Positions 1 through 9,620 of a stretch of DNA of 64,000 nucleotides are shown one piece after another; the stretch's first letter is position 1, and every line of letters begins with the position of its first letter. Under the pieces are notes generated by a model. The model was not told the origin of the DNA and searched no databases. It saw only the letters and a program-made list of their open reading frames with translations. The stretch lies in the IMG/VR virus record IMGVR_UViG_3300036770_004143, positions 124,001 through 188,000 of that record; one strand, given 5' to 3'. The translations under genes were made by a program, and so were the position numbers.

Positions 1-1098
1 ATCACCTTTTGTCATTTTATTATGTTCTTCAATTTCTAAAAAAACAGAGTTTTTGAAAATTAATTCAATTTTATTTTTAATATCTTTATTTGAAGAAATA
101 CAATTACTATAAACATTATTTTGTTCATAACAATTTTTATAAAATTCTTTAATATTTTTACTTGATAACATTATTTTAATTGTGTCAGCATAAGCTAAAT
201 AAACTTTATTTTTTACTGTATTCTCACTATTTGCTTCACCTACTGCTTCAATATACAAAGCACCATTCAAATCAGCTAATGTGCTTATTTGGTAATTAAC
301 ATTACCTTTATATGATATAAATTGATTTGAATGTTCAAATCTTTTTTCAAATTTAAAAGCATCAGTTGTCTCTCTTTTATGTGTCAATCCACAAAGTAAT
401 TTATCAATTGGTGTTGTTTTTTCGGTACAATCGTAAGAATAACTTGTACTTTTAGGTAATTCTTCTGAATCAAAATTTATTTGATAATCCACATATGTAT
501 TATATATTAAATTTTTTTCCTTACCTGCTTCAAGACTCATTAAACTTGTTTTATCATTTAGATAAAAAGAATCATCATACATATTAACTAAATTCCTATA
601 TGAATAAAAATTAGGTTCATTTATTGATATCTTTCTTTCTCTATTTATAAAGAAATTTGTAAATATATCAATATGAAGTGATACAAAATCATCAAACAAA
701 CCATCATCTCTTTTTTCTACACTTAATAGATTAGTAAAAATTTGACTAATATATATATTCATAAATTTAGGAAGACTACTACAATAAAATTCAGCATTTA
801 ATTGGATTGATTCATTATCTAAATTTGATTTTTTTGATTTTTTTGATTTTTTTAATTGCTCTGTTGCTTTATCACAATCACTAAAATTTTTAAAATCAAT
901 AGATTTTAACTCAACATTTGGCTCTAAATATGATATAATTCTATTTTCTAATTTAGTTTTACTATTATTTGGTACTATATCTTTAAATTTACCTTGTACA
1001 CAATCATATACAAATTGAAACTCATCTGGTGTAATATATTTATGTTTCACACGTTTGCTATTACCCTCATCTAATCTAAATAAATTAAAACTATTCAT
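1..1098 (-). CDS. hypothetical protein, runs off the window (MNSFNLFRLDEGNSKR...)
   Basis: Absent from the ORF track. ATG at 1098; translation by eye continues to position 1; TATTTAT motif about 25 bp upstream. Confidence 0.8.
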   Translation of the reverse strand, partial: MNSFNLFRLDEGNSKRVKHKYITPDEFQFVYDCVQGKFKDIVPNNSKTKLENRIISYLEPNVELKSIDFKNFSDCDKATEQLKKSKKSKKSNLDNESIQLNAEFYCSSLPKFMNIYISQIFTNLLSVEKRDDGLFDDFVSLHIDIFTNFFINRERKISINEPNFYSYRNLVNMYDDSFYLNDKTSLMSLEAGKEKNLIYNTYVDYQINFDSEELPKSTSYSYDCTEKTTPIDKLLCGLTHKRETTDAFKFEKRFEHSNQFISYKGNVNYQISTLADLNGALYIEAVGEANSENTVKNKVYLAYADTIKIMLSSKNIKEFYKNCYEQNNVYSNCISSNKDIKNKIELIFKNSVFLEIEEHNKMTKGD

Positions 1099-1117
1099 AA
1101 ATTTTTACAATTTTTTA

Positions 1118-1133
1118 TATATTTATAAATATA
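1118..1133. promoter_or_regulatory. palindromic bidirectional putative late promoter TATATTTATAAATATA
   Basis: Perfect 16-bp palindrome with TATTTAT on both strands, between divergent genes starting at 1098(-) and 1176(+). Confidence 0.6.
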
Positions 1134-1175
1134 ACAATATTGTTATATCTAAACATTTTTTTAAAAAAAAACAAA

Positions 1176-1397
1176 ATGACAAAAGAACAAATCTTAGGAG
1201 TTGTTAGGCATTTACTTACATTCTTTGGTGGTATTTTGGTTACAAAAGGTCTTATTGATGAAACAATTGTAACAGAAATAATTGGTGGTCTTTCCACTTT
1301 AATTGGTGCTATATGGTCTTTTATTGCTAAGACGCCAATTTTAGCACCTACTGAAACACCTGTTGAAACTCCAAAAGTTGCAAAAAAAGGTAAATAA
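1176..1397 (+). CDS. putative two-TM holin-like membrane protein
   Basis: MTKEQILGVVRHLLTFFGGILV... two hydrophobic helices and a basic C-terminus; ATG 1176 preferred over the track's TTG. Confidence 0.6.
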   Translation: MTKEQILGVVRHLLTFFGGILVTKGLIDETIVTEIIGGLSTLIGAIWSFIAKTPILAPTETPVETPKVAKKGK

Positions 1398-1415
1398 TCA
1401 AATTTACCAAAATAG

Positions 1416-1448
1416 AAAAGGGCTTATATCACTATAAGCCCTTTTTTT
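1416..1448. terminator. bidirectional intrinsic terminator
   Basis: AAAAGGGCTTATA-loop-TATAAGCCCTTTTTTT between convergent genes. Confidence 0.85.
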
Positions 1449-2160
1449 ATAAGTTAAATGCTTTTAAGGAGTATTTAAATGGATTCCCAGGTATTTGCTT
1501 AATCTCATTAAGCATCTGTTCAACAACATCACCAATTTCATATTGTGATGGTGAATCTAAACATCTTTTCTTATATATCTGTACAAACCCATCAAATGAT
1601 AGAAATTTATTGCTATTTAATTGTGAATTATACATCTTGAAGAACCTAGATGATTCTTTTGCCCTTGCTTTTGACATCCCTGCCTCAACCAAATCTTTAA
1701 AGCAATTATGATACATTTTATTTAACTTCTCACTTTGAGCATTTAATGTATCATACCAGAATTTACCCTTATCACCAAATTCAAGCCAATCTTTTGGTAA
1801 GTAGAATTTATCCTCTTTCAATTCCTTGTATCTTGCTGACTCTGCATTCTCAGCTAATAATGCCACAGAATGCTTCAAAAATTGAATGTGAGTGGCTATC
1901 TCTGTTGTGGTGACAAAGTGTAGGGAACTAAATCTAAATGGTGAATTATGCCCTTCCTGTCCCAAATAAAATAATAGTTGTTCCACATTCCTAATCTTCT
2001 TTGAATTGTTCACAATGTAGTCAACAATTGCATCCACTCTTTCATCAATATTTTCTGGCATTGGTATTTCTAAATCTAAGAAAGTTGAACTCCATGCCGC
2101 CAAACTATGTGTATTATCTCCACCATAGTGTCCAATCAAAATTGCCTTGTTGTCTGTCAT
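1447..2160 (-). CDS. thyX: FAD-dependent thymidylate synthase
   Basis: HxSPF motif and ThyX-like signature (QFLKH...NAESARY). Confidence 0.85.
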   Translation of the reverse strand: MTDNKAILIGHYGGDNTHSLAAWSSTFLDLEIPMPENIDERVDAIVDYIVNNSKKIRNVEQLLFYLGQEGHNSPFRFSSLHFVTTTEIATHIQFLKHSVALLAENAESARYKELKEDKFYLPKDWLEFGDKGKFWYDTLNAQSEKLNKMYHNCFKDLVEAGMSKARAKESSRFFKMYNSQLNSNKFLSFDGFVQIYKKRCLDSPSQYEIGDVVEQMLNEIKQIPGNPFKYSLKAFNL

Positions 2161-2214
2161 ATTTTTAGTTTTTGTTTTAATAATAGTAAAATTTAAACAT
2201 CATTCAAATAACAA

Positions 2215-3120
2215 TTAAAATCTTTTGGTGATTTTTTGTTGGGTAGGTTTCTGTTTTGGTTGGTATTGTGCAGGATCTGTTGAATCTTGTGCATTCATTG
2301 GTATATTTGATGGGGAATAAACATTTGGATTAGTTTCTACTTTTGGATTAGGACTTGTTAAGATTGTTTCTACACCACTTTTCAAATTTTCAGCGTTTTG
2401 ACCAGAAAAATAAACATTTGCACTAGATTCAGCTTTTTTCAAAACACCACCCCCTACTGTTTTCATATATTCAACCATTTTTAAAAACCAAGAACTTATA
2501 GCGTCAAATTTATCTAAAAGAAACTTACATATATTTGCCAATAAATCAAAATTTCTTTCTGAAAAGAAAACAAACATATCATTTAATGATTTATTAATAG
2601 TTTTAAAATGGTCTTCTATTTTTCTCCAAAATGGAGTAAATATACTATTAACTTTATCTATTGATTGAACAAGTGGTTGATTCACTATAGTATCTTTCCA
2701 TTTTGCAACTGGTGTCAATTCAGCAAAACCTGGCACAGCCAATACTAATTCAATAACACCAAGTATAAATTTTTTGGTTTTTTCCTCATTAGTTTCAGGT
2801 AAATTTAAACCCTCATAAAACCAATAAAGTGAATGTAATAAACCAATATAATTATCTGCAACACCACCAGTTGCAAATGCTGCTGTAAGTTGTGCATCAT
2901 TTAATAAATTATGGATACCATTTGATGTACTAACATCATATCTAGTGATAACATTATTATATGTGTTTATTAATTTTTTTGTTTCTTTTTCATTATACCC
3001 AGAATATTGGGTAGAATCCATAAAAGACCTAGGGGAATCAGCAGAACCTTGCTCATTTATATTCTTAGTATAATATAATGACCTTATGTATTTTTTTTCA
3101 TTTTTGTTTATATATAACAT
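2215..3120 (-). CDS. hypothetical, leader-bearing (..KNINEQ) putative virion protein
   Basis: 301-aa ORF; TATTTAT motif at 3137-3143(-). Confidence 0.65.
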   Translation of the reverse strand: MLYINKNEKKYIRSLYYTKNINEQGSADSPRSFMDSTQYSGYNEKETKKLINTYNNVITRYDVSTSNGIHNLLNDAQLTAAFATGGVADNYIGLLHSLYWFYEGLNLPETNEEKTKKFILGVIELVLAVPGFAELTPVAKWKDTIVNQPLVQSIDKVNSIFTPFWRKIEDHFKTINKSLNDMFVFFSERNFDLLANICKFLLDKFDAISSWFLKMVEYMKTVGGGVLKKAESSANVYFSGQNAENLKSGVETILTSPNPKVETNPNVYSPSNIPMNAQDSTDPAQYQPKQKPTQQKITKRF

Positions 3121-3152
3121 ATTTTATATTTTATATATAAATACATAAAAAT

Positions 3153-3473
3153 TTATTTTAATCCACTAACCAAACCCTCCAATTCAGAAATACTTGGCAA
3201 CCCAACAATTGTTTCATTTTCTTTTGAATTTAAGTAACTTTTTATTGTTGGCACACCCCTAACTCCAACTTCATTAACTGCATAATTTACATCATTCTGC
3301 ACATTAAATGTATATAATGACACATCTGAATTATTCTCTTTCAATTTATTGGCCAATTGCTCAAATATAGGTTTAAGCATTCTGCATGGTCCACAAGTTG
3401 TGGAGTAGAAATCAACAACCATTTTTTCACCAGCATTGATTTTTGACACTAATTGTTCTTTTGTAAGTTCCAT
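3153..3473 (-). CDS. trxA: thioredoxin
   Basis: DFYSTTCGPC active site, GVPT cis-Pro motif; start MELTKEQ. Confidence 0.9.
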   Translation of the reverse strand: MELTKEQLVSKINAGEKMVVDFYSTTCGPCRMLKPIFEQLANKLKENNSDVSLYTFNVQNDVNYAVNEVGVRGVPTIKSYLNSKENETIVGLPSISELEGLVSGLK

Positions 3474-3522
3474 ATTTTTTTTTCTAAATATAATATAATA
3501 TTGTATAATGTATTTAATAATT

Positions 3523-4494
3523 TTATGATTTTTTTGTACAGAGATTTTGTACTGCTGTTTTTGTGTTAATAAGAATACCTGGCCTATTTTCTGTTTTATT
3601 ATCACCAATATTAAATTTAAATGTAAAATAACCTTTATCTAAATTTGGACCACATTCTGTATAAAATAATATTTTACTCTTTTCATTTTTTATCTGTATA
3701 GTGTTATTATATTTTTCAGCAATAAAACTATTACCTACATTGATATTAACTTTATACTTTTTTCCCAAAGTAATTAAATCACTTTTAACTGCATTAGTCA
3801 CACTAATTCTATTTGTATTTTTACAAAAATAATTATATACATTAGATATAAAGTTAGAATCTGTTGTGTCAGTAATAGATTTAACAAACCCAGTTGCATT
3901 TAAATCTTTAAATTCACGTGGTTTTTTCATTAATGATTCACAGTTAGTACTATAAATTGGTTGATTTTGTTTATTTCTAAAAAATATTTGCCCCCATTGA
4001 GTGTAAGCATCCTTAACAAATCCAAGTGACTTTGTTTCTTGGTTTATTTTTCTAACAAGACCAGCTGTTGATAATTGTTGATTGGTTGTGGCTTGAGCAT
4101 TAGACACAGCACTAGCAGGAGGTGTTTTTGCATTAGGTGCAATAGTTTTAATATCCCCATCAGTTACTGATATTTTTCCAAATTTAGCAAAAACAGCTCT
4201 TAATGTGTTTGTACCAAATTTACCATCAGGATTAACCTTCAATGCCTGTTGTAAGGGTTTGATATTTTCGCTTTCTGAACATACGAAATAAGGGCCACTA
4301 TTTACTTTTTGATAACCATATGGACAATAGTTTGCAGATTGTTGTTGGGTTGATGCTGCTGGTTGTTGTTGTGGAGCAGTTTGTTGTTGTCTTTGTGCTA
4401 AAGTTTCTGGAGTGTCCATATCATCTTGTTCTAACAACACCCTTTTTATTAATGAAATAAGATTATTTTCACTTAAACGTAATTTATTTTTCAT
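3523..4494 (-). CDS. leader-bearing protein with peptidoglycan-binding domain
   Basis: MKNKLRLSENNLISLIKRVLLEQ leader, Q-rich linker, LQQALKVNPDGKFGTNT (PG_binding_1-like). Confidence 0.65.
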   Translation of the reverse strand: MKNKLRLSENNLISLIKRVLLEQDDMDTPETLAQRQQQTAPQQQPAASTQQQSANYCPYGYQKVNSGPYFVCSESENIKPLQQALKVNPDGKFGTNTLRAVFAKFGKISVTDGDIKTIAPNAKTPPASAVSNAQATTNQQLSTAGLVRKINQETKSLGFVKDAYTQWGQIFFRNKQNQPIYSTNCESLMKKPREFKDLNATGFVKSITDTTDSNFISNVYNYFCKNTNRISVTNAVKSDLITLGKKYKVNINVGNSFIAEKYNNTIQIKNEKSKILFYTECGPNLDKGYFTFKFNIGDNKTENRPGILINTKTAVQNLCTKKS

Positions 4495-4604
4495 AAAATA
4501 TTTTATATATAAATATACCAATAATAAGTTATTTATATTTTTATAAACAAATTGCTATATAGTTTTTTATAAACAAATATTTATTAAACATAACAATAAA
4601 CAAT

Positions 4605-4688
4605 ATGAAAATATCAAACATGTTATGTCTTTTTGAGAGAAATTGGATAATGAATTTGAACACACGGCTTCAAGCCATAAACTTATAA
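4605..4688 (+). CDS. 27-aa mini-ORF (possible leader peptide)
   Basis: MKISNMLCLFERNWIMNLNTRLQAINL between TATTTAT (4578) and a terminator. Confidence 0.45.
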   Translation: MKISNMLCLFERNWIMNLNTRLQAINL

Positions 4689-4690
4689 TT

Positions 4691-4727
4691 AAAAAGGGTT
4701 GCCAAAATACTTGCAACCCTTTTTTTA
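4691..4727 (+). terminator. intrinsic terminator / possible attenuator
   Basis: AAGGGTTGC-loop-GCAACCCTTTTTTTT. Confidence 0.8.
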
Positions 4728-4753
4728 TTTTATTATATTTTTAATAAAAACAG

Positions 4754-5242
4754 ATGGAAACAATATTAGTTCTAAATTCAGATTATACCCCCCTAAATAT
4801 CACAACGTTTAAAAGAGCAATCATATTGGTGATTAAGGGGAAAGCAGAAATTATAAAAAATGATGTGGATTTTATAAGAACAGAAACAATAAATTATGAA
4901 AAACCATTGATAATTAGACTTCTTAAATATATTTCACATAAGATGAAGAATTTAAGGGTTAATAGACAAAGATTATATAAAAGAGATAACCATGAATGTG
5001 CATATTGTGGTTCAAAAAAGGAATTAACCATTGATCATATAATACCAAAATCAAGAGGGGGTAAGAACTCTTGGGGAAATCTTATAACTTGCTGTTTACC
5101 TTGCAACCTAAAGAAGGGTGATAAGACACCAGATGAGGCAAGAATGCCTTTAAGGTTTGCACCAAAAACACCATCATTCCTATCAAATGATTCATCCATC
5201 ATAAAAATATGGGAAGATTATAAATCATCATTTGCCTATTAA
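4754..5242 (+). CDS. HNH endonuclease (McrA/COG1403-like)
   Basis: RDxxxCAYCG...TIDHIIPKSRGG...CxxCNxxK; LVLNxDYxPL N-terminus. Confidence 0.9.
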   Translation: METILVLNSDYTPLNITTFKRAIILVIKGKAEIIKNDVDFIRTETINYEKPLIIRLLKYISHKMKNLRVNRQRLYKRDNHECAYCGSKKELTIDHIIPKSRGGKNSWGNLITCCLPCNLKKGDKTPDEARMPLRFAPKTPSFLSNDSSIIKIWEDYKSSFAY

Positions 5243-5277
5243 TTTGTTTTTTATTATATTTTCAAAAAAAGGATAAT

Positions 5278-5946
5278 ATGAAGAATGAATTTAAATCTTA
5301 TTATGTGGGTCATTTGGGAAAGCCATCATCCCATTTGGATTATTTTGAAAAAAATGTATCTGCATCTATGACACCTTATATCCTTGAAGAAAGGGAAATG
5401 AGGGCAACACAAATTGATATCTTCTCAAGATTAATGAGAGATAGGTTAATATGGGTGGCTGGTCCAGTTGAAGATAGAATGTCCACCATAATCCAAGCTC
5501 AACTTATGTTCTTGGATTCAGCAGATTCATCTGATGTAACATTACACATAGATAGCCCTGGTGGCTCTGTGAAGGCAGGTTTATCAATTGTTGATGTTAT
5601 GGATTACATTAAGTGTGATGTAGCCACAGTGAACACAGGAATGGCAGCATCAATGGGTTCAATATTGCTTGGTGCTGGAACAAAAGGAAAAAGGTCTTCA
5701 TTAAGATTTTCCAAAACAATGTTACACCAGAGTTCTGGGGGTGCAGTTGGTAATATTCAAGATGCAGAAATAACAATGAAAGAATGGCAAAAAACAAATG
5801 ATATTTTGTTTAATTTGTTGGGTCAATATTGTGGAAAAGACCCAGAGGTTGTTAAAACAGATGCTAGTAGAGATTTGTGGTTGGATGCAAATGAGTCTTT
5901 GGCTTATGGTATAATTGATAAGGTTATTGTGTCTAAGAAGGGTTAA
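5278..5946 (+). CDS. clpP: ATP-dependent Clp protease proteolytic subunit
   Basis: DIFSRLM, IDSPGGSV, GMAASMG (catalytic Ser), MLHQ. Confidence 0.95.
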   Translation: MKNEFKSYYVGHLGKPSSHLDYFEKNVSASMTPYILEEREMRATQIDIFSRLMRDRLIWVAGPVEDRMSTIIQAQLMFLDSADSSDVTLHIDSPGGSVKAGLSIVDVMDYIKCDVATVNTGMAASMGSILLGAGTKGKRSSLRFSKTMLHQSSGGAVGNIQDAEITMKEWQKTNDILFNLLGQYCGKDPEVVKTDASRDLWLDANESLAYGIIDKVIVSKKG

Positions 5947-5950
5947 AAAA

Positions 5951-5979
5951 GAAAAGGTTGGCTAAACACCAACCTTTTC
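5951..5979 (-). terminator. intrinsic terminator (strong on -, weak on +)
   Basis: GAAAAGGTTGG-loop-CCAACCTTTTC with a long T-tract on the minus strand. Confidence 0.8.
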
Positions 5980-6052
5980 CAAATTTTGAACACCTCCTCT
6001 TTTTTTAAAATCCGATTTATAATCAACAGATGCTATCTGTATGATTCAATTA

Positions 6053-6706
6053 TTATGCAAAAAATTTACTCTTTAATTGACCCCAAGCAGTAGATAAGAA
6101 TTTACAAATAATAGGGGTTAATGCTTTCATCATAATTTTCTTTGTTTCATTATTTTGTAAAAATTCTGCAATTGTATTTCTAAACACTCCTCCCAATAAA
6201 GTTCCAAAAAAACCATTTTTAAAAATACTATCTTGTGCTTTACCTAGGATAACTGTTTCAGCAATAGCATCTATAAGTTTTTCAGTAAACACATTACAAT
6301 CACCTGACAATGCTTTTACTAAGGAAGCTGGATCATCTAATAAAAAGTTAATAATTGTTTTTAATAACCAACCATCTGGAATTTTCAAATATTTAGTTAA
6401 AATTAATTTTAAGAAATATTCTAATATTGTTTGCCCAACACCTGAACCAACTGTGGAAGATGCCATATTTGCAAGATTTCCAGGGTTTAAAAAACTACCA
6501 ATACTATTCATAGTATTAGCATTCAAAAATTCTCTTAATACTTTTGTATTATTTAACTTATTAAGTTCATTTATATAATGAACTGACACATATAGTTTTT
6601 TCTTTTCTGAAAATGAGTTAAATTCTCTTATAGTTAAATTAGAAAATTTATTTTCAAATTTTTTCTGTTCTCTTATTAATTCTAATATGTTTCTTTTAGT
6701 TATCAT
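6053..6706 (-). CDS. hypothetical helical/membrane-associated protein, leader-like N-terminus
   Basis: 217-aa ORF, last gene of a minus-strand operon. Confidence 0.65.
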   Translation of the reverse strand: MITKRNILELIREQKKFENKFSNLTIREFNSFSEKKKLYVSVHYINELNKLNNTKVLREFLNANTMNSIGSFLNPGNLANMASSTVGSGVGQTILEYFLKLILTKYLKIPDGWLLKTIINFLLDDPASLVKALSGDCNVFTEKLIDAIAETVILGKAQDSIFKNGFFGTLLGGVFRNTIAEFLQNNETKKIMMKALTPIICKFLSTAWGQLKSKFFA

Positions 6707-6709
6707 TTT

Positions 6710-7810
6710 TTATCTTTTTATTTTAAAGAAATCAGGAACATTTGCATAATCACCAATAACATCTAATGCTTCCAAATTTTTACCAAATTTTTTATCTTTA
6801 TATGTATTATAACAAACTTGAATTTTATTTTTTAACCCTAATAAACTTGGTGGTATTCCTGTTGTATCATTCTTATACCTATATAAAGCATTTGTGAACT
6901 TTTCTAAATCAAGATTACATTGTCTATATGAAGCATCACTAATATTTAGTGATCCATAATCATCTTCCTTTGATTTACCTGTTTTCTTTGGTTGAAAAAG
7001 AATATAATCATATGAAAATATATTTGGATATAAATCCTTTAAATTAGTTTTAACATAATTAGCCTCCTGAGTATAGTCAAATTTAGCATCAGTTACCCAA
7101 CCATTTTTTTCCAAAGTTGCAATAACTTGCTTTTGTTGGGGTGTTATACCACCAACATTTGCCCCAGTTGCTGGTTTATAGAAAAATTGGTCTTGTGTGC
7201 TTGGATATAATTTTGGATTGAAATTTGGTTCATTTGATAGGAATTCAAATATTTGTGTGATACTTAATTTTTCATATTGTTCAGGTGAATTTAAAAATCT
7301 CCTTTCTTGAACCGGAAATTGTGAAGCACCTTTAAATCCATAACTAGCAACTGATTCATTAACTTTTTTTATTGTTTCAGAAATCTTTTGACTTAATCCA
7401 GAACAAGTAAATGGTTGTGAACTTGTGAAATATTTTTGCCCATTATTATTACCAATAAGATAGGTGTTTAAAGTTCCATCACTATTTATATTCTCCAAAT
7501 CAAAGAAAACAGCACTATCAACAGCATAATTATTATTAGTTTCATTAAGCCCTAAAATGCCAATTCTACCTAATTGTTTTGATGGTCTAGGTTTTCCTGT
7601 TATTTCTTTAGTGTTTGGATTCCAACCTTTAAATCCAGTGAAATCACAAAGATTTTGATTAACTATTTGATTAGCTAATGATTGAGTGTGATTTGGTGTG
7701 AAACTCTTTGTTGGATCAAAAGTATTATTTGTTGCCTGCTCTTTTAGAGCATTATGCATATATAATATTCTTTTCTTTTCAGAATTTTCAATATTTAAGT
7801 TAATTTTCAT
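6710..7810 (-). CDS. hypothetical, leader-bearing (..ALKEQ)
   Basis: 366-aa ORF. Confidence 0.7.
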   Translation of the reverse strand: MKINLNIENSEKKRILYMHNALKEQATNNTFDPTKSFTPNHTQSLANQIVNQNLCDFTGFKGWNPNTKEITGKPRPSKQLGRIGILGLNETNNNYAVDSAVFFDLENINSDGTLNTYLIGNNNGQKYFTSSQPFTCSGLSQKISETIKKVNESVASYGFKGASQFPVQERRFLNSPEQYEKLSITQIFEFLSNEPNFNPKLYPSTQDQFFYKPATGANVGGITPQQKQVIATLEKNGWVTDAKFDYTQEANYVKTNLKDLYPNIFSYDYILFQPKKTGKSKEDDYGSLNISDASYRQCNLDLEKFTNALYRYKNDTTGIPPSLLGLKNKIQVCYNTYKDKKFGKNLEALDVIGDYANVPDFFKIKR

Positions 7811-7821
7811 ATCTTTTTTTT

Positions 7822-9381
7822 TTAAAAATTTTCAATAGATAAATCCTCCCCACCTAACCAATCAAATTTATTTTTTGCTGGTTGTGTAACAACTGGTGGC
7901 ACAACAACATTACTTTGACATAAAGTAGCCAAATCTTGTTCAGTAAATTGTGTAACCCTTTTTTGTGATTGAAGTGCATTAAATGTGTTTGGCCCAAAAA
8001 ACCCATCAACAGTAACACCTAAACATTGTTGTAACTTTTTAACAGGTTCACCTTTTGAACATTTTTTATAAACACCATCAGAAGGGAATTGAAAACCATT
8101 TGGACAAAATCTTGTTACTCCACCTCCACCAGTAGTTGCTCCTCCACCACCTATTGTTGTTTCATTTTTCTTATTTTTATTCTTTTCATAGCAAGAATGA
8201 ATATAGAAAGTTTTACCACTAGTATTAATAAATTTTATACAACCATCATCATCACAAACAGTCTTTCCATAAGAACTTCTATCTTTAAAATACCAGTTAG
8301 TACCATATGTTGTGGAAGGGTAATATAATTTCAAAACAATACCACCATGTTTCTCCACTTCTGGATTCTGTGTTGAATTAATAAGGATACCTTCCCTAGG
8401 TAGGGGTGCATTTGGTTGAATACCATAATTATTATACAAGAAATTACTAATACATTTTGGTGCAGCATTTTTACCCCCAAAGCATTTGCCAGTGTAATAA
8501 GATTTACCATTTTTATCAGTAAATTTAACACAACCATTTGCATCACAACTAGTAAACCCATAAACTGAATTATCACCAAAATGCCAATTATAACCAGTTC
8601 TTGGATCAGGATATAATGATGTTAATACAATTCCACCACGTTGTTGAATTTCAGGGTTATTTGTTGTTATTTTATAACCTCCACTTGGGAAGGGGTCAGT
8701 TTCTTTCTTATTAAATTGATTTTTTATTAAATTAACAATACAAGGAACTTCTTTGGTTGCCATTTTTTTGGTATAGTTATCTAATAACTTACCAATCATT
8801 TGATTTACTTGGGATAACTCCTCTGCCTTTACATGTTCTTTTTTCATTACAGTATATAACTGTATGTTATTTTCATCCCAATATGTTTGTTTTGTTAGGC
8901 AAAAATCATTGAAAGTTTTCAATTCTTTTAAAGCCCCATAAACTCTTTCTAATATTTTACCTTCAATTAAACCTTGTGCTGGATCTGTAAGAGTATCCCA
9001 AAAAACGCCAGGTGAAAAACTTGAAGTTGGATTATACGCATTTTTTAATTTGGATGCTACACTACTAGCAATATCACTAGAACCTTTCTTTGTTATATTT
9101 GGAATTCTATCACACATTGCAAAATAACTATAAAGTTCATCTAAAGGTCTATTTCTACCTCTAGCATCAATAGCTTGTTTTGCCCAATAAGCAGCTGTCA
9201 AACCCCCTATAACATAACCAGCTGCTTTTAAAAAAGGCCAAATTAAAAAACCTGCCTCATTTAACAATTCCTTACTTTCTGATGCTTTTTGAATATTTTC
9301 CTTTAAGTTAAAACTTGGATCATATCCCATCAATAATTTCTGTCTTAATATTATATCTATTTTGTTATCAATATCTTTCAT
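7822..9381 (-). CDS. membrane-segment protein with two internal Cys repeats and C-terminal peptidoglycan-binding domain
   Basis: Hydrophobic segment after LLNE; duplicated PxCI...GGIVL...NWxF...YGxTxCDxxGCxKF domain; VKKLQQCLGVTVDGFFGPNT. Confidence 0.65.
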   Translation of the reverse strand: MKDIDNKIDIILRQKLLMGYDPSFNLKENIQKASESKELLNEAGFLIWPFLKAAGYVIGGLTAAYWAKQAIDARGRNRPLDELYSYFAMCDRIPNITKKGSSDIASSVASKLKNAYNPTSSFSPGVFWDTLTDPAQGLIEGKILERVYGALKELKTFNDFCLTKQTYWDENNIQLYTVMKKEHVKAEELSQVNQMIGKLLDNYTKKMATKEVPCIVNLIKNQFNKKETDPFPSGGYKITTNNPEIQQRGGIVLTSLYPDPRTGYNWHFGDNSVYGFTSCDANGCVKFTDKNGKSYYTGKCFGGKNAAPKCISNFLYNNYGIQPNAPLPREGILINSTQNPEVEKHGGIVLKLYYPSTTYGTNWYFKDRSSYGKTVCDDDGCIKFINTSGKTFYIHSCYEKNKNKKNETTIGGGGATTGGGGVTRFCPNGFQFPSDGVYKKCSKGEPVKKLQQCLGVTVDGFFGPNTFNALQSQKRVTQFTEQDLATLCQSNVVVPPVVTQPAKNKFDWLGGEDLSIENF

Positions 9382-9393
9382 GATAGTTATTTT

Positions 9394-9618
9394 TTAATTT
9401 AAAGGATTAGCCTTGCCCCTACTTGCACCAGATTCCCACTTTGACTTGCTATCTATTGGGTTTGCTTTACCTCTTGTTGCACCAGACTCCCATTTTGACT
9501 TGCTATCTATTGGGTTTGCTTTGCCTCTTGTTACACCAGACTCCCATTTTGATGATGATGTCCCACCATTTGATGCTGGTGCTTCTTCTTGTTCACCAAA
9601 TTGTTTCTTAAATTTCAT
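9394..9618 (-). CDS. 74-aa peptide with three 16-aa repeats
   Basis: (SKWESGxxRGKANPID)x3; co-oriented with the operon. Confidence 0.75.
   Translation of the reverse strand: MKFKKQFGEQEEAPASNGGTSSSKWESGVTRGKANPIDSKSKWESGATRGKANPIDSKSKWESGASRGKANPLN
9400..9552. repeat. 48-bp coding tandem repeat x3
   Basis: ACCAGAxTCCCAxTTTGA recurs at 48-bp spacing, mostly with synonymous differences. Confidence 0.85.
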
Positions 9619-9620
9619 AA

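Noticed and set aside
4540-5242. IscB/OMEGA or HEARO RNA-guided nuclease
   Set aside because: 162-aa plain HNH without RuvC or PLMP motifs; the upstream region is short and explained by a mini-ORF and terminator
9400-9552. 48-bp repeats as a CRISPR or guide-RNA array
   Set aside because: No unique spacers, and the variation is mostly synonymous in the minus-strand ORF
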